Below, one piece after another: positions 1-9,415 of a stretch of 64,000 bases of DNA (the stretch's first letter is position 1; every line of letters starts with the position of its first letter). Both the position numbers and the translations under genes were made by a program. The notes under the pieces are model-generated. The model worked only from the letters and a program-made list of their open reading frames with translations. It did not search any database and was not told where the DNA came from. Source of the DNA: an uncultured Planctomycetia bacterium (lineage in GTDB: Bacteria > Omnitrophota > Gorgyraeia > Duberdicusellales > 4484-171); NCBI GenBank assembly GCA_964629655.1, contig CAZVQU010000001.1, positions 612,056 through 676,055 of the forward strand. Reading direction: 5' to 3'.

Positions 1-683
1 ATGCTTCCAGGATTCAACAAGTCTCCTTTTCCTGAGAAGTAGTCAAGGGTAGGAAATTGCCCAAGAGCAGCTATGCAATTGTCTTGGAATCCCAGGCAGA
101 AATAAGTAGCCTTATTCTCTTTATGCCCTTCTTCATCAAAGGAAAGGGTTGGTTTAAGGAATATTCCATACTTATCTAGATGGATACGGTTGAGAAGACT
201 GCTTACATGGCGATGGTCTCTTAAGGTATTTTCACCTCTGCCATAAAGAGGAATTAGAGAAGTCGGGGTTATGTTGATACTTTTTGAGCCCCTGTTGGTT
301 ACCTTAACTGACATTACTTCAACTGCCAAGAGTGAGGGAACAAAATTTAAAATTTCTATATCCAGGGGGCCAGATTTTTTTGTTAGTTTATGATAAAGAA
401 AACCTGCTTCTAGCTTATCATTGTGAGGGTCGGATAGTCTTATTATCTTATTATTTGCCTTTATAAAGAATTCTCGGCGGCAGAGGAGGTTGTTCTTAAC
501 ATCAACTATGCTTGCTGGCGGGGTAAGAAAATGACTATTGTCAGTCTTTATGTCTCCTCCCAAATTAGGGCTTATTGAGCTTAAGAGAGTGCCATCTTTA
601 TTAGTGAGAGGAAAGTAGAGATTATAATCCTGGGGGGCCTCGACAGTAAAAGTCCCTTTGTTATCAATGAATTTATAGATCAT
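1..683 (-). CDS. GH94 glycoside phosphorylase, laminaribiose-phosphorylase-like (N-terminal part; runs off the window start)
   Basis: Not in the ORF track. Manual translation from ATG at 683 gives MIYKFIDNKGTFTVE..LYFPLTN..LEAGFLYHK..IPLYGRGENTLRDHRHVSSLLNRI..PTLSFDEEGH, matching my recollection of GH94 laminaribiose phosphorylases. Confidence 0.75.
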   Translation of the reverse strand, partial: MIYKFIDNKGTFTVEAPQDYNLYFPLTNKDGTLLSSISPNLGGDIKTDNSHFLTPPASIVDVKNNLLCRREFFIKANNKIIRLSDPHNDKLEAGFLYHKLTKKSGPLDIEILNFVPSLLAVEVMSVKVTNRGSKSINITPTSLIPLYGRGENTLRDHRHVSSLLNRIHLDKYGIFLKPTLSFDEEGHKENKATYFCLGFQDNCIAALGQFPTLDYFSGKGDLLNPGS

Positions 684-802
684 TTTTACCTTTAATATAC
701 CTGTATTATTGCATACTTATTGGAATATATTCTACAACAAAACTTAGGTTTTTCCCAAGTATTTTTTAAGCCATCAACGATTCGAGCCTAAGGGGCTTTA
801 AG

Positions 803-830
803 TTGATTTTTAGATACATCCTGATATAAT
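803..830 (+). promoter_or_regulatory. sigma70-like promoter
   Basis: TTGATT-N16-TATAAT with TG extension, 10 nt upstream of the ATG at 841. Confidence 0.5.
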
Positions 831-840
831 CTTAAACAGA

Positions 841-1971
841 ATGCGAAAAAGTATATTTTTTCTCCTAATTCTCCTAATTCTTCCGATATCTTCCTTTGCT
901 CAAAAAAAGGTAACTGCTACCCTATTCTACTCTACTCATTGTAAAGTCTGCCATGAGTTAAGAGAAGAATTCTTACCCCAAATAGAGGAAAAATATAAAG
1001 GGAGTCTGGATTGGCAGAAGTTTAATACTGCCGAGGATACCGACAGTTTAAGTTTGCTTATATCATTGAGCGAGCAATTTAATTTAAAACAAGCCCTGGT
1101 TCCCAGTATTCTGGTTGGCGATACTATTTTAGTCGGCAAAAAGGATATCGAGAATGGTCTGGAAGCAGCTATAAGAATAGCTCTAGAGACTAAAAAGAGT
1201 CCGTTATCTTTTCTAAGGACAGATGTAGTGGACTTTTTCAAGAAATTTTCTGTATTTACTGTAATCGGAAATGGTTTAATAGACGGAATAAATCCTTGTG
1301 CTTTTGCGGTAATTGTATTTTTCATATCATTCTTAGGTGTCTATGGCTACAAAAGGAGAGAGATAATTTATGTCGGAACGTTCTATTGCCTGGCAGTATT
1401 TATTACCTACCTTTTAATAGGCCTAGGTTTTTTTAACTTTTTCTACTCCCTTGAGCAGGTTTATTGGATTATAAAAGCTTTCTATTACTTCGTAGCTGCC
1501 TTCTGTTTTTTAATGGCCATAGCTGCCCTTTATGACTACTATAAATTCAAAAAGACTGGCCATTCCCAAGAGGCAATCCTGCAACTGCCAAAATTCTTAA
1601 GAAAAAGAATAAATATTGTTATTGGTTCAAGGATGCGGGAGAAAAAAGGCGGGATATGGGGCTTATGCATTAGCTCCTTTATCGTTGGCTTTCTGGTTTC
1701 TTTATTAGAGGCAGTATGCACAGGGCAGGTTTATCTTCCAACCATTGTTTTTATTTTGAAAAATACTAGCTTAAAGTTAAAGGCAGCTACCTATCTTTTT
1801 CTCTACAATTTCATGTTTATCCTTCCTTTAATAGTTATCTTTCTGCTTTCTTTGGCTGGGGTCAGTTCAGCAAAATTCAACAATTTCTTAAAGAAGAATA
1901 TAGGCCGGATAAAGATTTTAATGGCTTTGGTATTCTTCTGTTTGGGTTTTTTTATATTAGTTTTAAGTTAA
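841..1971 (+). CDS. Thioredoxin-like CxxC domain fused to CcdA/DsbD-type membrane electron transporter
   Basis: Signal peptide, CKVC motif, then several TM helices with DGINPCAF and EAVCTGQVY cysteines. Confidence 0.75.
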   Translation: MRKSIFFLLILLILPISSFAQKKVTATLFYSTHCKVCHELREEFLPQIEEKYKGSLDWQKFNTAEDTDSLSLLISLSEQFNLKQALVPSILVGDTILVGKKDIENGLEAAIRIALETKKSPLSFLRTDVVDFFKKFSVFTVIGNGLIDGINPCAFAVIVFFISFLGVYGYKRREIIYVGTFYCLAVFITYLLIGLGFFNFFYSLEQVYWIIKAFYYFVAAFCFLMAIAALYDYYKFKKTGHSQEAILQLPKFLRKRINIVIGSRMREKKGGIWGLCISSFIVGFLVSLLEAVCTGQVYLPTIVFILKNTSLKLKAATYLFLYNFMFILPLIVIFLLSLAGVSSAKFNNFLKKNIGRIKILMALVFFCLGFFILVLS

Positions 1972-1981
1972 ACTTCCCCTG

Positions 1982-3244
1982 ATGAATCTACCTTATTTAG
2001 TCTTTTCTGATAAAAAAGGAAAAATCTATCACCATCCTTATCTAAGGATGAGTGTTTCCTCTTTAGAAAAAGTCAGCCTGCCTAAGGAAACCGAGCTAAT
2101 TAGATTACCTGCAGGAAGTACCCTTTTTTATCTTCCCGAGCGCCAGACGATAGGCTTTAACCCAAAGAAGCAACAGTTCGAAGTATTAGATAAGTTTAAA
2201 GGCAGAGAGGTCTTTGCAGTCTCGGCATTTCCTATTCCGGCATTCTTGCGATTACATAACCCAGCTTGTATAACTACCAGTGCAAAGAAGATACTTCCCC
2301 TTTGGGCTTATGCAGCTTGCGGTTATTACAGGGGTAATTTCTATATAACGGCCAAGAGAATAGATAGAAGAGTTCGCCAGAGCCCCCGGTTCTACGACAA
2401 TAAGTTAATTGGTGAGAGGGTGAGAGCCTTCCTCAGAAAGTATCCCGACAGTCGTCTTTATAGGCATTTGGCTAATTGTGCCCTTAATTATAATTGTTTA
2501 GCAGCAAAGAATCTTTTTCTTCAAAGATGGGAAGCACCTCTGCCTACAGCAAGGTCTTGCAATGCCCGGTGTATTGGTTGTCTTAGCCATCAAGAGTCAG
2601 ATTGTGCATCGTCACATCAGAGAATAAGTTTTAGGCCCAGGGTAGATGAGGTATCGGAAGTCATGGCTAATCATTTGAAAGTAGCACCAGAAGCAATAGT
2701 TAGTTTTGGCCAAGGTTGCGAAGGAGAGCCTCTGCTTGAGAGCGACTTAATCACCAAGAGCATAATAAAGGTAAGAGAGAGCGTCGGCAGAGGTACTATA
2801 AATATAAATACAAATGCTAGTGTTCCCAAAAAAATAGAGATGCTTTGCCGGGCCGGTATGGATTCTTTTCGGGTTAGCCTAAACAGCCCCGATGAGAAAC
2901 TCTACAATCTCTACTTTCGGCCCAAAGGCTATAAGTTTTCAGATCTGGTAAAATCAATAGCAATAGCTAAGAAGTATAAGAAGTTTGTTTCAATAAATTT
3001 ATTTACCTTCCCGGGACTTTCTGATTCGTCCCAGCAGATAAAGTCTTTGGTCAAATTCGTAAAAAATACCGGCATTGATATGATTCAGTGGCGTAACTTA
3101 AATATAGATCCCAACTATTACCTAAAGCATATTCCACACAGGAGACTAAACCCTCAGGGAGTCCTTTGCCTCCTGGATACGATAAAGAGGGAATTCCCTA
3201 GCCTAAAGCATGGCTATTTTAACCTCCCCAAAGAGAGTTTCTGA
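1982..3244 (+). CDS. Radical SAM protein, uncharacterised family
   Basis: CxxxCxxC (CNARCIGC), GQGCEGEP, NINTNA. Confidence 0.8.
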   Translation: MNLPYLVFSDKKGKIYHHPYLRMSVSSLEKVSLPKETELIRLPAGSTLFYLPERQTIGFNPKKQQFEVLDKFKGREVFAVSAFPIPAFLRLHNPACITTSAKKILPLWAYAACGYYRGNFYITAKRIDRRVRQSPRFYDNKLIGERVRAFLRKYPDSRLYRHLANCALNYNCLAAKNLFLQRWEAPLPTARSCNARCIGCLSHQESDCASSHQRISFRPRVDEVSEVMANHLKVAPEAIVSFGQGCEGEPLLESDLITKSIIKVRESVGRGTININTNASVPKKIEMLCRAGMDSFRVSLNSPDEKLYNLYFRPKGYKFSDLVKSIAIAKKYKKFVSINLFTFPGLSDSSQQIKSLVKFVKNTGIDMIQWRNLNIDPNYYLKHIPHRRLNPQGVLCLLDTIKREFPSLKHGYFNLPKESF

Positions 3245-3283
3245 CCCTTCTAATCTCCCTCTAAAAAATTTTTATTTTTCTCC

Positions 3284-3311
3284 TTGACAAGAGGAAAATG
3301 CGTGGTATATT
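3284..3311 (+). promoter_or_regulatory. sigma70 promoter of the cysH/siroheme operon
   Basis: TTGACA (3284)-N16-TATATT with TG extension. Confidence 0.6.
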
Positions 3312-3329
3312 CTAATTACTAGGGAAGCA

Positions 3330-3348
3330 ATAGAAATAGTAGTAATTG
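3330..3348 (+). promoter_or_regulatory. Candidate Rrf2/CymR operator
   Basis: ATAGAAATAGTAGTAATTG; related copies at 3415-3433 and 10213-10231 (15/19 identical to the latter). Confidence 0.45.
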
Positions 3349-3438
3349 ATAAATGGTAATGTTCTGGGGGCTTATTGGGTCTCTATTTTTTTAAAGATAT
3401 TCACTATTAATCTGATAGAAAAGGTAGTATTAATACAT

Positions 3439-3660
3439 ATGGAACATCCTAAAAGATCAGCGGTAAAGGCTTTAACCTGGCGGATTATAGCATTTCTGGT
3501 GACTATAATTGCCGTCTATATCTATAGCCGAGATGTTAAGGAAGCTCTTGTTATAGGAATAAGCGCTAACTTTGTAAAAATATTTTTATATTACATCCAT
3601 GAAAGAATTTGGAATAGAGTTAAATTTGGCAGGGTAAAGATTCCAGAGTATCAGATTTAA
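3439..3660 (+). CDS. DUF2061-type small membrane protein
   Basis: MEHPKRSAVKALTWRII..YYIHERIW pattern; ATG at 3439 preferred over TTG at 3346, which lies in the promoter/operator. Confidence 0.75.
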   Translation: MEHPKRSAVKALTWRIIAFLVTIIAVYIYSRDVKEALVIGISANFVKIFLYYIHERIWNRVKFGRVKIPEYQI

Positions 3661-3692
3661 AGTTTATTACACAAAGAAAGAGGAGGTTTGAG

Positions 3693-4403
3693 ATGAGTCT
3701 ATTAGGTAAGAGAGAAGACCTAAAAATATTGGTTGAAAAGTTGAATTTTAAGGAGAAGGTTGAGCGTTCCTTAGCCCTTATTGAGGAGGCTTACCAGAAG
3801 TATCGAAATGGTTTAGTTGTCGCTAACAGTCTGGGCAAGGATTCAGTTGTAGTTTGGGATCTCGCCAAGCGGGTTAATCCAAAAATACCGGGGTTCATAG
3901 TAACTACAAGATTTAAACCCAAAGAGACCATCCAATTCATGGATGAAGAGGTAGCAAGATATCCGGAATTAAAGGTGTACAAGAATGATATTGAAATACC
4001 TGATAAGTTGTATGAGACCGATCCCGACCGGTGTTGTGATTTATTAAAGGTCGAACCAGTAAAGCGTGCAGTAGAAGAGTTAAAGGTTACTTGTTGGGTT
4101 ACCGGCCTGCGCTGTACAGAAGGCCGTACCCGTACAGATTATGGAGAGGTTGAAGAGAGGGACAAGGGGTTGATTAAACTGAATCCAATTCTTATTTGGA
4201 AAGAGAGAGAAGTATGGCAGTATTTAGCTCTTTATGGAGTTAAGGTAAATCCTTTGTATGGTGAGGGGTATAGGTCTTTAGGCTGTCAACCCTGCACTAA
4301 GATTACCAATGATGATAACGAGCGGGCTGGACGCTGGATAGGTACTAGTAAGTGTGGCGGAGAGTGTGGAATTCACACTCGGCCTTTAAAGGCAGAAAAG
4401 TAG
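3693..4403 (+). CDS. cysH: Adenylylsulfate (APS/PAPS) reductase, [4Fe-4S] type
   Basis: SLGKDS, RCC, GYRSLGCQPCT, ERAGRW, C-terminal ECGIH; SD GAGG. Confidence 0.9.
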   Translation: MSLLGKREDLKILVEKLNFKEKVERSLALIEEAYQKYRNGLVVANSLGKDSVVVWDLAKRVNPKIPGFIVTTRFKPKETIQFMDEEVARYPELKVYKNDIEIPDKLYETDPDRCCDLLKVEPVKRAVEELKVTCWVTGLRCTEGRTRTDYGEVEERDKGLIKLNPILIWKEREVWQYLALYGVKVNPLYGEGYRSLGCQPCTKITNDDNERAGRWIGTSKCGGECGIHTRPLKAEK

Positions 4404-4417
4404 GCAGGGAGGGGGAG

Positions 4418-4891
4418 ATGGATTACCTTCCGATTGCAATAAACCTAAGGAATAAGCGAGTAATCGTGGTTGGCGGCGGAGGAGTTGCTCAGCGTAAGAT
4501 TAAGACTCTTCTGGATGCTAAGGCTTTAGTGGTTATCATCGCCCCAGAGGTAACCTCTAGAATCAGGTTGTTAATCAATAAAGGAACTATTAACTGGAAG
4601 AGCCGCAGAGTACAGGAGTCGGACATAAGAGAGGCTAAGCTGGTTGTCGCTGCTACTGATAGTGAAGAGGTCAACAAAGATATAAGCCGCTGGGCTAGGC
4701 AGTCTAAGATTTTAGTTAACGTTGCCGACAGACAACTAATCAGTGATTTTATTTCACCGGCTCTTTTGCAGCAGCATAAGGCACTTATTGCTGTGTATAC
4801 CGACGGTAGGGACCCGGTGCTCTCGAGAGATCTAAAGAATTATCTGAAGGAGAAGTGGGATGATTTTTTATTGTTTAGGAATAGATCATAA
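4418..4891 (+). CDS. Precorrin-2 dehydrogenase / sirohydrochlorin ferrochelatase (CysG N-terminal/SirC-like)
   Basis: YLPIAINL, VVGGGGVAQRK Rossmann motif, AATD, VNVAD..DFISPA; ATG at 4418 after GGAGGGGG. Confidence 0.85.
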   Translation: MDYLPIAINLRNKRVIVVGGGGVAQRKIKTLLDAKALVVIIAPEVTSRIRLLINKGTINWKSRRVQESDIREAKLVVAATDSEEVNKDISRWARQSKILVNVADRQLISDFISPALLQQHKALIAVYTDGRDPVLSRDLKNYLKEKWDDFLLFRNRS

Positions 4892-5879
4892 AAGGACAAA
4901 ATTAGAGGTTCGAGAAGTAGTCTCGAGGAAGCGAGATTTAATAGCTCGTTTTTGGCAGAGTCTTAATCAAGCCTCGGCAGTACTGTTTACTTGTAATAGG
5001 GCTGAGTTGTACGGCGTTGCCCCAAACCCGTCCTCTATGGCTAGTGCTGTTAATGCCTTAAGAAGAGAATTCCCAATTCTTTTTAGAGATGCTTATTTAA
5101 GGCAGGGTAAGGAAAGAGTGATTAGGCATGCTTTGGAATTAGCTTCTGGTTTGCATTCGCAAATTCTAGGCGAGCCCCAGATACATCAACAGTTGAGTTC
5201 TTGGGTAAGGCAGAGTTCAGTTTCTCAAGTAATTAAAGATCTCTGGGTTAAGGTTTTGCCCTTGGCCCAGGATATAAGAGCCAAGTTAGGCTTAAGCGCA
5301 GAGGAGACCGACATTGCTGACATTGTCTTAGGTGATTTAGCTTATCATTGTTCGGCTAAACCAAAAGAAATTGTAGTGGTGGGTACCGGTAAGATTGCCG
5401 GGCTTATCGCTGAGGGGAGAATACCCGGGGTTAACTTATGCTTTGTTTCTCGGAAAAGGGAGAGTAAGGCAAAACAACTAGCCAAAGCCTCAGGCGGGAG
5501 AGCTATTTTGTTTGATGATTTGCTTGATGTCCTTACTTCTGCTGATAGCCTAATAAGTGCAACAACTAGCCCTCATTATATATTAGCAAGAGAAGAGCTT
5601 CTAAAAGTTGTTAAAAGGAGAGATAAACTTCTTTATATCTACGATTTGGCCGTGCCTAGAGATATTGAGCCTAAGATAAGAGATATTCAAGGAGTTTCAT
5701 TGCAAAACCTCGATGATTTGGATCTCCTTTTTAAAGAACATAAGAGAAAATTAAGGCATTGTGTCCGGCAAACAGAGCCCCTTATCGAAGAATCAATAAG
5801 AACTATTGAGGAGGAATTTTATGAATCTTCTTATCAGGGCCGGCACCAGGCCGAGCTCATTAGCCTTAAGGCAGGCTGA
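4860..5879 (+). CDS. hemA: Glutamyl-tRNA reductase (short form, 339 aa)
   Basis: TCNRAE catalytic Cys, SGLHSQILGEPQI, DLAVPRDIE. Confidence 0.9.
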   Translation: MIFYCLGIDHKRTKLEVREVVSRKRDLIARFWQSLNQASAVLFTCNRAELYGVAPNPSSMASAVNALRREFPILFRDAYLRQGKERVIRHALELASGLHSQILGEPQIHQQLSSWVRQSSVSQVIKDLWVKVLPLAQDIRAKLGLSAEETDIADIVLGDLAYHCSAKPKEIVVVGTGKIAGLIAEGRIPGVNLCFVSRKRESKAKQLAKASGGRAILFDDLLDVLTSADSLISATTSPHYILAREELLKVVKRRDKLLYIYDLAVPRDIEPKIRDIQGVSLQNLDDLDLLFKEHKRKLRHCVRQTEPLIEESIRTIEEEFYESSYQGRHQAELISLKAG

Positions 5880-6474
5880 AGAGATTGAACAACGCTTTAA
5901 GGATATTAGCTTTGTTCGGGTTACGATTGAGACAAAAGGGGATAAAGATAAGATAACTTCCTTAACTTTAAGAGAGAATAGTAATTTCTTTACCGATGAG
6001 CTCGAAGAAGCTCTATTAAATAAGGAAATCGATATTGCTATACATAGTGCCAAAGATTTAGAAGAGGATATTCGGCCAGAGTTAATCATAGCGGCAACCA
6101 CTAAGTCGATAAATGAATTTGACTGTTTAGTCTCTCGGGGAAACTTCACCTTGGGTACGCTTCCGGTAAACTCAAAAGTTGGCACCAGTAGTATTAACAG
6201 GCGTAAGGGAATAATAAATTACCGTAACGATTTAATTTGCAAGGATATACGCGGCAACATTGAGGAAAGATTAGCCCAATTAGACCGGGGTGATTTTGAT
6301 GCCATTGTGGTTGCCCAGGCAGCTTTGATAAGATTAGGTTTAGAAGCTTTAAAGTTTCATATTATCCCTTTTGAGATTATTAGACCTCATCCTTTGCAAG
6401 GCCGGCTAGCAATACAGATTTTAAAAGAGAGAGAAGATTTAGCTAATATTTTTAAAGAGTTAGATGGTAAATAA
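5821..6474 (+). CDS. hemC: Hydroxymethylbilane synthase lacking the C-terminal domain
   Basis: GTRPSSLAL, TKGD, FTDELEEALL, AIHSAKD, GTSS, IRGN; SD GAGGAGG before ATG 5821. Confidence 0.88.
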   Translation: MNLLIRAGTRPSSLALRQAEEIEQRFKDISFVRVTIETKGDKDKITSLTLRENSNFFTDELEEALLNKEIDIAIHSAKDLEEDIRPELIIAATTKSINEFDCLVSRGNFTLGTLPVNSKVGTSSINRRKGIINYRNDLICKDIRGNIEERLAQLDRGDFDAIVVAQAALIRLGLEALKFHIIPFEIIRPHPLQGRLAIQILKEREDLANIFKELDGK

Positions 6475-7219
6475 AAAAGGTAAAGTATATATAGTAGGGG
6501 CAGGTCCGGGGGACCCGGAATTAATCAGTTTGAAAGGATTAAAAGCTTTAATGCGTGCTGACTGTCTGCTTTATGACTTTCTCTCAGCCCCGGAGTTACT
6601 AGGAGAGGCTAAGTCTTCTTGTGAGAAGATCTGTGTTGGGAAGGCTGATCGATTGCATTTAAAAGAGCAAGACCAGATAAACAAATTGCTATACGAGAAG
6701 TCTCTTGTCTTTGAAAATGTAGTTCGCCTTAAGGGCGGAGATCCGTTCATTTTTAGCCGTGGACACGAAGAGGCAAGATATCTTATTGGTAAGGGTGTAG
6801 AAGTTGAAGTTATTCCCGGGATAACTTCAGCTATCGCCGCAGCCGAAAGCTTTGGCATACCTTTGACTATTAAGAATCGGATATCATCAGTAGCTATACT
6901 AACCGGCAGGAAGAAAGATCCTAAGGCCAAGATTGACGCTCCCTGTTGCGGTACACTTATCTATCTAATGGCTGTTGCTAATATAGCTAATGTTGTTAAA
7001 GCTTTACGCCGGAGTAAAAGAAGCGAGGATACTCCTTGTGCTTTTATAGAGAAAGCAAGCAGAAAGGACTCTCGAGCTGTTTTTGCAACTATTAAGACTA
7101 TAGAGAAAAAGGCTCATAAGTTTAATGTTCGACCGCCAGCAGTGCTAGTTGTCGGCGAAGTGGTAAAAAGGGGTAAGAGAATTCAAGATGAAGGCTCTAG
7201 AGGAAATAAGACTCAATAA
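6464..7219 (+). CDS. cobA: Uroporphyrinogen-III C-methyltransferase
   Basis: VGAGPGDPELISLKG, VRLKGGDPFIF, PGITSA. Confidence 0.92.
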   Translation: MVNKKGKVYIVGAGPGDPELISLKGLKALMRADCLLYDFLSAPELLGEAKSSCEKICVGKADRLHLKEQDQINKLLYEKSLVFENVVRLKGGDPFIFSRGHEEARYLIGKGVEVEVIPGITSAIAAAESFGIPLTIKNRISSVAILTGRKKDPKAKIDAPCCGTLIYLMAVANIANVVKALRRSKRSEDTPCAFIEKASRKDSRAVFATIKTIEKKAHKFNVRPPAVLVVGEVVKRGKRIQDEGSRGNKTQ

Positions 7220-8135
7220 GTGGAAGAGTATCTCAGTTAGGAAGCTGATTTACCCTTTGTTTGTAAGGGAGGGTAGAGGAGTGATTGAAGAAATTTCTTC
7301 TATGCCCGGGGTCTATAGATTTTCCCCAGATACTTTAATTAGTGAAGTAGCAAACCTTGAGAAACTAGGCCTTGAATATCTATTGATTTTTGGAATACCT
7401 GAGAATAAAGATTGGCAAGGAAGTTCTGCTCTCAAGAATAGTAATGTTGTCAGTGAGTCAGTACGATTAGTAAAGAAGTGTTTTCCTCAAATTAAAGTCA
7501 TTACTGATATATGCTTATGCGCGTATACTTCTCATGGGCATTGTGGAGTTATCAGAGATGGAGCCAGGGAGATAGATAGTCAGGCTACTCTAGGAGCTAT
7601 CTCTGAGATGGCTTTGTTACATGCTCAAGTCGGCGCAGATTACGTTGCTCCTTCTGCTATGGCTAATACTCAAGTGCAGGCCATAAGGAGAACTTTAGAT
7701 AGCCAAGGTTATCAATATACCAAAATTATGGGATATTCAGCTAAGTTTGCTTCTAATTTTTATGGTCCGTTCAGAGATGTTGCTGACTCAGCTCCTCGGT
7801 TTGGCAACCGGCATGGATACCAGCTTAATTATAGCGATAGCAAAGCTGCACTGTCTAAGGTTGAACAAGATATAAAGGAGGGGGCAGATATTGTTATGGT
7901 GAAGCCGGCTCTTGGATATTTGGATATAGTGAAGAAAGTTAAGAGTGAATTTAGCTATCCTTTGGCAGTTTACAATGTAAGCGGAGAGTATGCTATGGTT
8001 AAGGCTGGAGCTGGGGTCGGGTCTTGGGATGAAAAAGAGATGGTGTTTGAGATTATAAGTTCAATAAAACGGGCTGGTGCAGATTTTATTATTACCTACC
8101 ATGCAAAAGATATAGCGGGATGGTTGAGGAAATAG
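7188..8135 (+). CDS. hemB: Porphobilinogen synthase, Zn type
   Basis: DICLCAYTSHGHCG, YSAKFAS.FYGPFRD, MVKP, YNVSGEY. Confidence 0.93.
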   Translation: MKALEEIRLNKWKSISVRKLIYPLFVREGRGVIEEISSMPGVYRFSPDTLISEVANLEKLGLEYLLIFGIPENKDWQGSSALKNSNVVSESVRLVKKCFPQIKVITDICLCAYTSHGHCGVIRDGAREIDSQATLGAISEMALLHAQVGADYVAPSAMANTQVQAIRRTLDSQGYQYTKIMGYSAKFASNFYGPFRDVADSAPRFGNRHGYQLNYSDSKAALSKVEQDIKEGADIVMVKPALGYLDIVKKVKSEFSYPLAVYNVSGEYAMVKAGAGVGSWDEKEMVFEIISSIKRAGADFIITYHAKDIAGWLRK

Positions 8136-8137
8136 GG

Positions 8138-9397
8138 ATGAAAAGAGATACAAAGAATAGAGCACTTTTTGACCGGGCTAAGGAACATCTAGTTGGTGGG
8201 GTAAATAGTCCGGTGCGTTCGTTTAACTATATTGGTGCAGAGCCAATATTAATTAAACAAGGCAAAGGCTCTAGAGTTTTCGACTATGACCGAAATAGTT
8301 ATATTGATTATGTTCTTTCGTTCGGGGCTTTATTCTTAGGCCATGCTCATAAAAGAGTTGTCAAAAGCATAAGGAGAAGAGCAAAAAAAGGCTTTGGATT
8401 TGGGGCTACGAGTTTTGAGGAGATAGAACTGGCAAGATTAATTAGTGAAGCGATTCCAGTTTTGGAGAAAATCCGTTTTGTTAATTCTGGGACTGAAAGT
8501 CTGATGAGTGCAATTCGTTTGGCAAGAGGTTATACCGGCAGAGAAAAAATAGTAAAATTTAACAATGCCTATCACGGACATGCTGATTACCTTTTAACTA
8601 AAGGTGGGTCAGGCTTAGCTACCTTAAATATATCTAGTAGTCAGGGTGTACCCGATGATTTTATAAAACATACAATTGTGTTAGATTGCGCCGATAAGGC
8701 TTTGATAAAGGAGACATTTCAAAAACATGCTCAAGATATAGCCGCAGTCGTTATAGAACCAATAGGCGGAAATTACGGGGTGGTTAGGCCTGATAAAGGT
8801 TTTCTTCAATATTTAAGAGAGATCACCCAAAGATATAAAGCCCTACTCATATTTGATGAGGTTATTACAGGTTTTAGATTTAGATTTGGCTCGGTAGCAG
8901 AAATTTTTGGGGTTTGTCCGGATTTAATTTGTTTGGGGAAGATTATTGGCGGAGGATTACCAATAGGTGCTTTTGGCGGCAAGAGAAACATTATGGATAA
9001 ACTCGCTCCCCTAGGAGAAGTCTACCAAGCATCAACCTTTGCTGGAAATCCGATTGTGATGAAAGCAGGATTTGCTACTCTGAGTGCATTGGCATCGCTT
9101 AAGGATAGGTATAGCTTAGTAGAGCAATTGGCCGGCGAACTCGTATATAGCTTTAAGCAAGTAGCTAAACACCACAATATTGATTTAACAATATCTAGTT
9201 ATCGGACAATGTTCAGCTTAAAGTTTAAACAAAAGAATAAATTCCGTTTGTTTTACAAGAGAATGCTTGAAGAAGGAGTCTATCTTGCTCCTTCGGAATT
9301 TGAGGCGAACTTTTTGTCTTTCGCACACACCAAGAGAGATGTCGAGGAGACAAAACAGGCGGCTAGGAGAGCCTTTAAGAGTATAAGTATATATTAG
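8138..9397 (+). CDS. hemL: Glutamate-1-semialdehyde 2,1-aminomutase
   Basis: GGVNSPVR, FVNSGTE, FDEVITGFR, GKIIGGGLP; start may be 8120. Confidence 0.93.
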   Translation: MKRDTKNRALFDRAKEHLVGGVNSPVRSFNYIGAEPILIKQGKGSRVFDYDRNSYIDYVLSFGALFLGHAHKRVVKSIRRRAKKGFGFGATSFEEIELARLISEAIPVLEKIRFVNSGTESLMSAIRLARGYTGREKIVKFNNAYHGHADYLLTKGGSGLATLNISSSQGVPDDFIKHTIVLDCADKALIKETFQKHAQDIAAVVIEPIGGNYGVVRPDKGFLQYLREITQRYKALLIFDEVITGFRFRFGSVAEIFGVCPDLICLGKIIGGGLPIGAFGGKRNIMDKLAPLGEVYQASTFAGNPIVMKAGFATLSALASLKDRYSLVEQLAGELVYSFKQVAKHHNIDLTISSYRTMFSLKFKQKNKFRLFYKRMLEEGVYLAPSEFEANFLSFAHTKRDVEETKQAARRAFKSISIY

Positions 9398-9415
9398 GTA
9401 AAGAGAGAGGATGAG

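Noticed and set aside
860-881. 9-bp tandem repeat TTCTCCTAA in the signal peptide
   Set aside because: In frame, two copies, only encodes LLI twice; it cannot switch phase.
3346-3438. N-terminal extension of the DUF2061 ORF from TTG 3346
   Set aside because: It overlaps the promoter/operator region; family similarity starts at ATG 3439.
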